Assembly (NCBI GenBank): GCA_036785375.1 | Contig: JAWMAR010000541.1 | Coordinates: forward strand, 496,001-560,000 | Source: Leucoraja ocellata | Lineage: Eukaryota | DNA: 64,000 nt | Direction: 5' to 3' | In this document: piece by piece, positions 62,001-64,000 of the stretch | How the letters are laid out: every line of letters begins with the position of its first letter | Position numbering within the stretch: position 1 is the stretch's first letter | Program-made: the position numbers and the translations under genes | Notes under the pieces: model-generated | Database searches by the model: none | Told to the model about the DNA's origin: nothing | Seen by the model: only the letters and a program-made list of their open reading frames with translations

Positions 62001-63429
62001 CCACCACCTGCATTCCAGTTAGACTCTTATCTTTGGTACACAAAAATGCTGGAGAAACTCAGCGGGTGCAGCAGCATCTATGGAGCGAAGGAAATAGGTG
62101 ACGTTTCGGGCTGAAACACTTCTTCAGACTTAGTTGAGTCTGAAGAAGGGTTTCGGCCCGAAACGTCACCTATTTCCTTCGCTCCATAGATGCTGTTGCA
62201 CCCGCCGTGTTTCTCCAGCATTTTTGTGTACCTTCGATTTTCCAGCATCTGCAGTTCCTTCTAGAACAGATTCTTATCTTTGTTTTATTCACACTAAAAT
62301 GCACCAAAACTCTCATGGTTACACTATTTGGGAGTGCAAACTTAATACCACGTTTCCATTGCTTTGTAACAACCCCAGACCAATTCCATTCTCCTCATTC
62401 TCCCTCTGATCATTCCCAAACTAATCCCATTGCCCAGACTCTCCACCTGATCATTCCTAGACTAATCCCATTGTCCACACACTGCCCACTTGATCAGCCC
62501 CAGACCATTCCCACTGCTCTGCTCTCCACATAGTCTGAAGTGAACCCCACAGGTGTGCACATTTCCTGCACTTGTAACAAGGTAGATCTCATCCCTCCCT
62601 CCTCAGTTCCTGCGATCTGCTTCTATTTCACCCATTTGTCCAAACTTTACTTGCATGTTCCAGGGGCTCTGGTACAACAATCGCTGTGACCTCAGACAGC
62701 TCTTCCCTGTGTATATGCTCTGCTGATGCCCATCTTACATTGCCTACCCTCTATCACTCTTATGTGGGGTGTGGACAAGTTGGATGTGTCTCCGAGGCAG
62801 AGAAGATTGGACAGGTATATGTGGTGAGGTTTTGATCATGAAGGGTTCTCACACAGCAGACAGGTGAAGTTGTTTCTGCTGCCATGGGTCAGGAACCAGA
62901 CGAGATGGATATATGACGTGAGATTTTTAAGCAGCAATCTCCTGTGATCTGGAATTCCGTGTTGAATCTGGAGTTGAATAATTATACTAGATAACGGGAT
63001 AAAGAGCTGAAGGAAATGCCATGTAGTTGCAGGGCAGGTTGGATGCTGCTTTCACATCGCTGGTACCGTGAGAATGTTGAACGTTTGCTGTTTGATATTG
63101 TGAGTATTTCACACAGATCAGGGAATTACTGACGTGTGGGGCCAGGGTTTGCTGACGTAAGTGTGTATTTGGGGTGGGACTGGCTCCCCTCCACCCAGGT
63201 GGGCTTGGTGTCCCAGCTCTCTACTCTATGTGTTCATCCCGGGCTCTCTGTTGGATCCTTACCCTTCCCTCGTCTCTCCCCAGAGCCCGAGGTACCTGAG
63301 GAAGTGTCTGGCCCTGGAACCGTGATCTGTGCTCTGGGAATCACTCTGGGAATCATCAGCGCCGTGGTGGGAATCATCTTACTGATCAAAGAGAGGCAGC
63401 GGCTGCAGGCTCAGCAGCAGGGCATCTAG
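16363..63429 (+). CDS. MHC class II alpha chain gene, spliced CDS join(16363..16426,33306..33554,47375..47656,63284..63429), 741 nt, 246 aa
   Basis: Four exons join in frame through phase-1 GT-AG introns (64+249+282+146=741 nt) and give leader, alpha1, Ig-C1 alpha2 and CP/TM/CYT. Exon layout and motifs match class II alpha chains, especially the shark type ([15 protein letters not shown], [49 protein letters not shown]). Confidence 0.95.
17054..17083 (+). repeat. (GT)n microsatellite in intron 1
   Basis: About 15 GT units. Confidence 0.9.
17390..17417 (+). ncRNA. Minimal hammerhead ribozyme motif (Penelope-associated), intron 1 sense strand
   Basis: CTGAAGA-a-GGGT(TTCG)GCCC-GAAA-C-GTT. The 5' arm of stem I appears truncated. 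Confidence 0.5.
21675..21986 (-). mobile_element. tRNA-derived SINE (HE1/V-SINE-like)
   Basis: A/B-box-like head (GGTGGTGCAGCGG...AGTTCGATCC), central GGAGTTTGTACGTTCTC core, CR1-like tail and (CTAAA)n. Related copies at ~1676-1955, ~3580-3780, ~4640-4935, ~15140-15400, ~48400-48610 and ~60140-60275. Confidence 0.8.
22038..22210 (+). mobile_element. tRNA-derived SINE (HE1-like), 5' half
   Basis: GGCACGGTGGCACAGCGGTAGAG...GGTTTGATCC...GGAGTTTGTATGTTCTCC, inverted relative to 21675-21986. Confidence 0.8.
22234..25800 (+). mobile_element. DIRS1-like tyrosine-recombinase retrotransposon (degenerate, internally deleted)
   Basis: Left terminus ATTTTACTTCGGAGTCACGTGAGTGAC, inverted right terminal repeat at ~25727-25800, ICR at 25348-25460. 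Coding remnants: gag-like ORFs (22450-~23830), RT ([28 protein letters not shown] at ~24471) and YR ([16 protein letters not shown]...F.KYY, 24550-25166), with stops and frameshifts. Confidence 0.9.
25348..25460 (+). other. DIRS internal complementary region (ICR), copy 1
   Basis: 25348-25384 is the reverse complement of the left terminus (22234-22270). 25418-25460 is the reverse complement of the right-end extension (25758-25800). Confidence 0.88.
27950..33290 (+). repeat. Multi-kb pyrimidine (C/T)-rich low-complexity tract ending at the exon 2 acceptor
   Basis: Almost G-free C/T sequence, interrupted only by the Rex fragment at 28372-29107. A smaller tract lies at ~20829-21325. Confidence 0.95.
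28372..29107 (+). mobile_element. Rex1/Babar-type LINE 3' fragment inserted in the pyrimidine tract
   Basis: [15 protein letters not shown]...FLGV.ISDDLSW...[10 protein letters not shown]...LPSGRRYRS...NSFFP, ending in a (GAATCT)n tail. Confidence 0.88.
33306..33554 (+). CDS. MHC class II alpha exon 2 (alpha1 peptide-binding domain, 249 nt)
   Basis: Acceptor ttttctcacacacag|, donor G|GTGAGC. Encodes [83 protein letters not shown], hidden at the end of the low-complexity ORF 31811..33577. Confidence 0.95.
33560..33960. promoter_or_regulatory. Intronic CpG island with promoter-type motif cluster
   Basis: CpG-dense. GC boxes at 33716-33725 and 33806-33815, CRE-like GACGTCA 33734-33740, NRF1 palindrome GCGCATGCGC 33748-33757 plus variant 33780-33790, E-box CACGTG 33838-33843, YY1-like GCGGCCATT 33876-33884. 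Confidence 0.55.
33968..34100 (+). repeat. ~20-bp G-rich tandem repeat, about 6 units
   Basis: Unit GTGGGTGTAGGTGAGGGGCA with variants. Confidence 0.85.
35355..35830 (+). mobile_element. Penelope-like element fragment
   Basis: [26 protein letters not shown] motif. Related fragments lie at ~17530-18210, ~37075-37560 and ~39770-39925. Confidence 0.8.
36283..36640 (+). repeat. 36-bp minisatellite, about 9-10 units
   Basis: Unit TTTTAGCACTTTCAA(A/C)ACCAAAGGCAA(T/G)GCAGCTTG, which explains the 12-aa periodic ORFs on both strands. Confidence 0.92.
37566..39770 (-). mobile_element. CR1-clade LINE, second family (endonuclease tail + RT, frameshifted), nested in a Penelope fragment
   Basis: Minus-strand ORFs with [42 protein letters not shown]. 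Confidence 0.9.
40290..42200 (-). mobile_element. Highly decayed RTE-clade LINE fragments (two blocks, ~40290-40880 and ~41770-42200)
   Basis: Frameshifted RELKSKWW...EIQ...NATKAAYGP and PPSLQEV motifs typical of RTE ORFs. Confidence 0.5.
43434..44925 (-). mobile_element. Vingi/Ingi-like LINE, 5'-truncated and frameshifted, inserted in the purine tract
   Basis: [53 protein letters not shown] and a C-terminal W.TLNRLR...CSCG...HLLEC zinc-knuckle-like motif, with a short GAAGAA tail. Clade assigned from motif memory. Confidence 0.75.
46073..46245. other. Assembly gap (173 N)
   Basis: Run of N inside the purine tract. Confidence 0.99.
47375..47656 (+). CDS. MHC class II alpha exon 3 (alpha2 Ig C1 domain, 282 nt)
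   Basis: Acceptor cccctgtctgcccacag|, donor G|GTCAGT. VPP...[13 protein letters not shown]...W...YSCHVEH...VFW is a C1-set signature, and 282 nt is the canonical length. Confidence 0.97.
49763..50346 (-). mobile_element. CR1 second-family 3' end
   Basis: ORF 49842..50324 ([11 protein letters not shown]...TRGH) with a (TATATGGT)n tail. A + strand copy lies at ~5029-5428. Confidence 0.88.
50560..51690 (+). mobile_element. Degenerate CR1 RT/3' end
   Basis: [24 protein letters not shown] and a CR1-type 3' UTR. More CR1 debris lies at ~56190-56640 and ~9590-10590. Confidence 0.75.
51718..56187 (-). mobile_element. DIRS1-like retrotransposon, second related copy (both termini present, coding region decayed)
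   Basis: Same terminal sequence on the minus strand at ~56150-56187, ICR at 51944-52052, right end at 51718-51825. Gag remnant [31 protein letters not shown] is nearly the same as in copy 1. YR HS.R motif at ~52340. ~61-bp tandem repeats at 55340-55600. Confidence 0.88.
57898..59521 (-). mobile_element. Tc1/mariner DNA transposon, Passport-like (IR/DR group), full length ~1.62 kb
   Basis: TA duplication (57896-57897 and 59522-59523) and ~213-bp TIRs starting CAGTGGCTTG, with the (T/G)TGCAAAAGTATTCA-type motif repeated at both ends of each TIR. Confidence 0.95.
58128..59142 (-). pseudogene. Tc1 DDE transposase, frameshifted
   Basis: [28 protein letters not shown]...GRPPKL...WSDETK...[13 protein letters not shown] is open for 207 aa. 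The rest ([25 protein letters not shown]) lies in shifted frames. Confidence 0.9.
62035..62268. mobile_element. Penelope-derived inverted pLTR pair with two hammerhead-like cores
   Basis: 96-bp inverted arms (62035-62130 and 62137-62232), a ~36-nt unpaired tail, and a flanking duplication GA(C/T)TCTTATCTTT. Confidence 0.85.
62138..62169 (+). ncRNA. Minimal type I hammerhead ribozyme motif (Penelope-associated)
   Basis: gt-CTGAAGA-a-GGGT(TTCG)GCCC-GAAA-C-GTC-ac: core CUGANGA/GAAA, stem II with a UUCG loop, palindromic ACGU in place of stem III, and a GUC triplet. Confidence 0.6.
63284..63429 (+). CDS. MHC class II alpha exon 4 (connecting peptide, TM, cytoplasmic tail, stop)
   Basis: Acceptor cgtctctccccag|. 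Encodes [48 protein letters not shown]. Donor GTGAGT at 63432, 2 nt after the stop, implies a separate 3'UTR exon as in other class II alpha genes. Confidence 0.95.
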
Positions 63430-64000
63430 CGGTGAGTGCGGGGCTTGTGATGATCACAGTCTGTGTCCAGTCCCATCACTGGGAGAGATTCTCCATCAGA
63501 AACTCCCAAGGCTGTTCCTTGTTCACCCCTCTGGTACCAGGGTTCCACCGTTCACCCTCCGACCCTTCGATTATCCGAACCTTCAGTGAAAATGGAAATC
63601 CAGGTAGGTTTAAATATAGGAAGGCCAATTTCATTAAATAAGGGAAGACCTGACAGAGGTAGAGACACAAGAGACTGCAGATGCTGGAATCTGGTGCAAC
63701 ACACAAGCTGTTGGGGAAAACTCAGGCTGACACAGGGTTTCAACCCAAAATGTCAACCATTTCATTCTCCTCATGATGTTGAATTTCTCCAGCAGTTGGT
63801 TTGTTGCTCCTGGCCCAGGTGAATCAAGAGCATCTACTTGCAGTAAGTCTACATCTACACAGTGGGATGGGAAGCATTCAAAGGAGAAATGACGAGAATT
63901 AGCCCAATCAATCACCAGACCAGACTCCCCATCATTGACTCCATCAATGATTGTACTCCACCATTGACTCCACCCTGACATGAGGGCGATGCAGTGGCAC

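Overview
Vertebrate genomic DNA, most likely from an elasmobranch (shark/skate/ray), inferred from the shark-type class II alpha protein and the HE1-like SINE, CR1 and Penelope repeat content. The window holds one complete, apparently intact MHC class II alpha-chain gene on the + strand. Its four coding exons are 16363-16426, 33306-33554, 47375-47656 and 63284-63429, all introns are phase 1 GT-AG, and the product is 246 aa. A class II X1/Y promoter module lies upstream. The gene is stretched to about 47 kb by mobile DNA: two DIRS-type tyrosine-recombinase retrotransposons with ITR+ICR termini, a Passport-like Tc1 element, CR1, Rex/Babar, RTE and Vingi-like LINEs, Penelope fragments and SINEs. 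Non-obvious signals: (1) about a dozen short Penelope-derived inserts carrying minimal hammerhead-ribozyme cores; (2) multi-kb, oppositely oriented polypyrimidine and polypurine tracts bracketing the peptide-binding exon; (3) a housekeeping-type CpG promoter cluster directly behind that exon; (4) an NF-kB+ISRE/EICE module upstream that resembles the beta2-microglobulin/class I enhancer. Exon, TIR, ICR and motif coordinates were read base by base; other repeat boundaries are approximate. No database search was possible.
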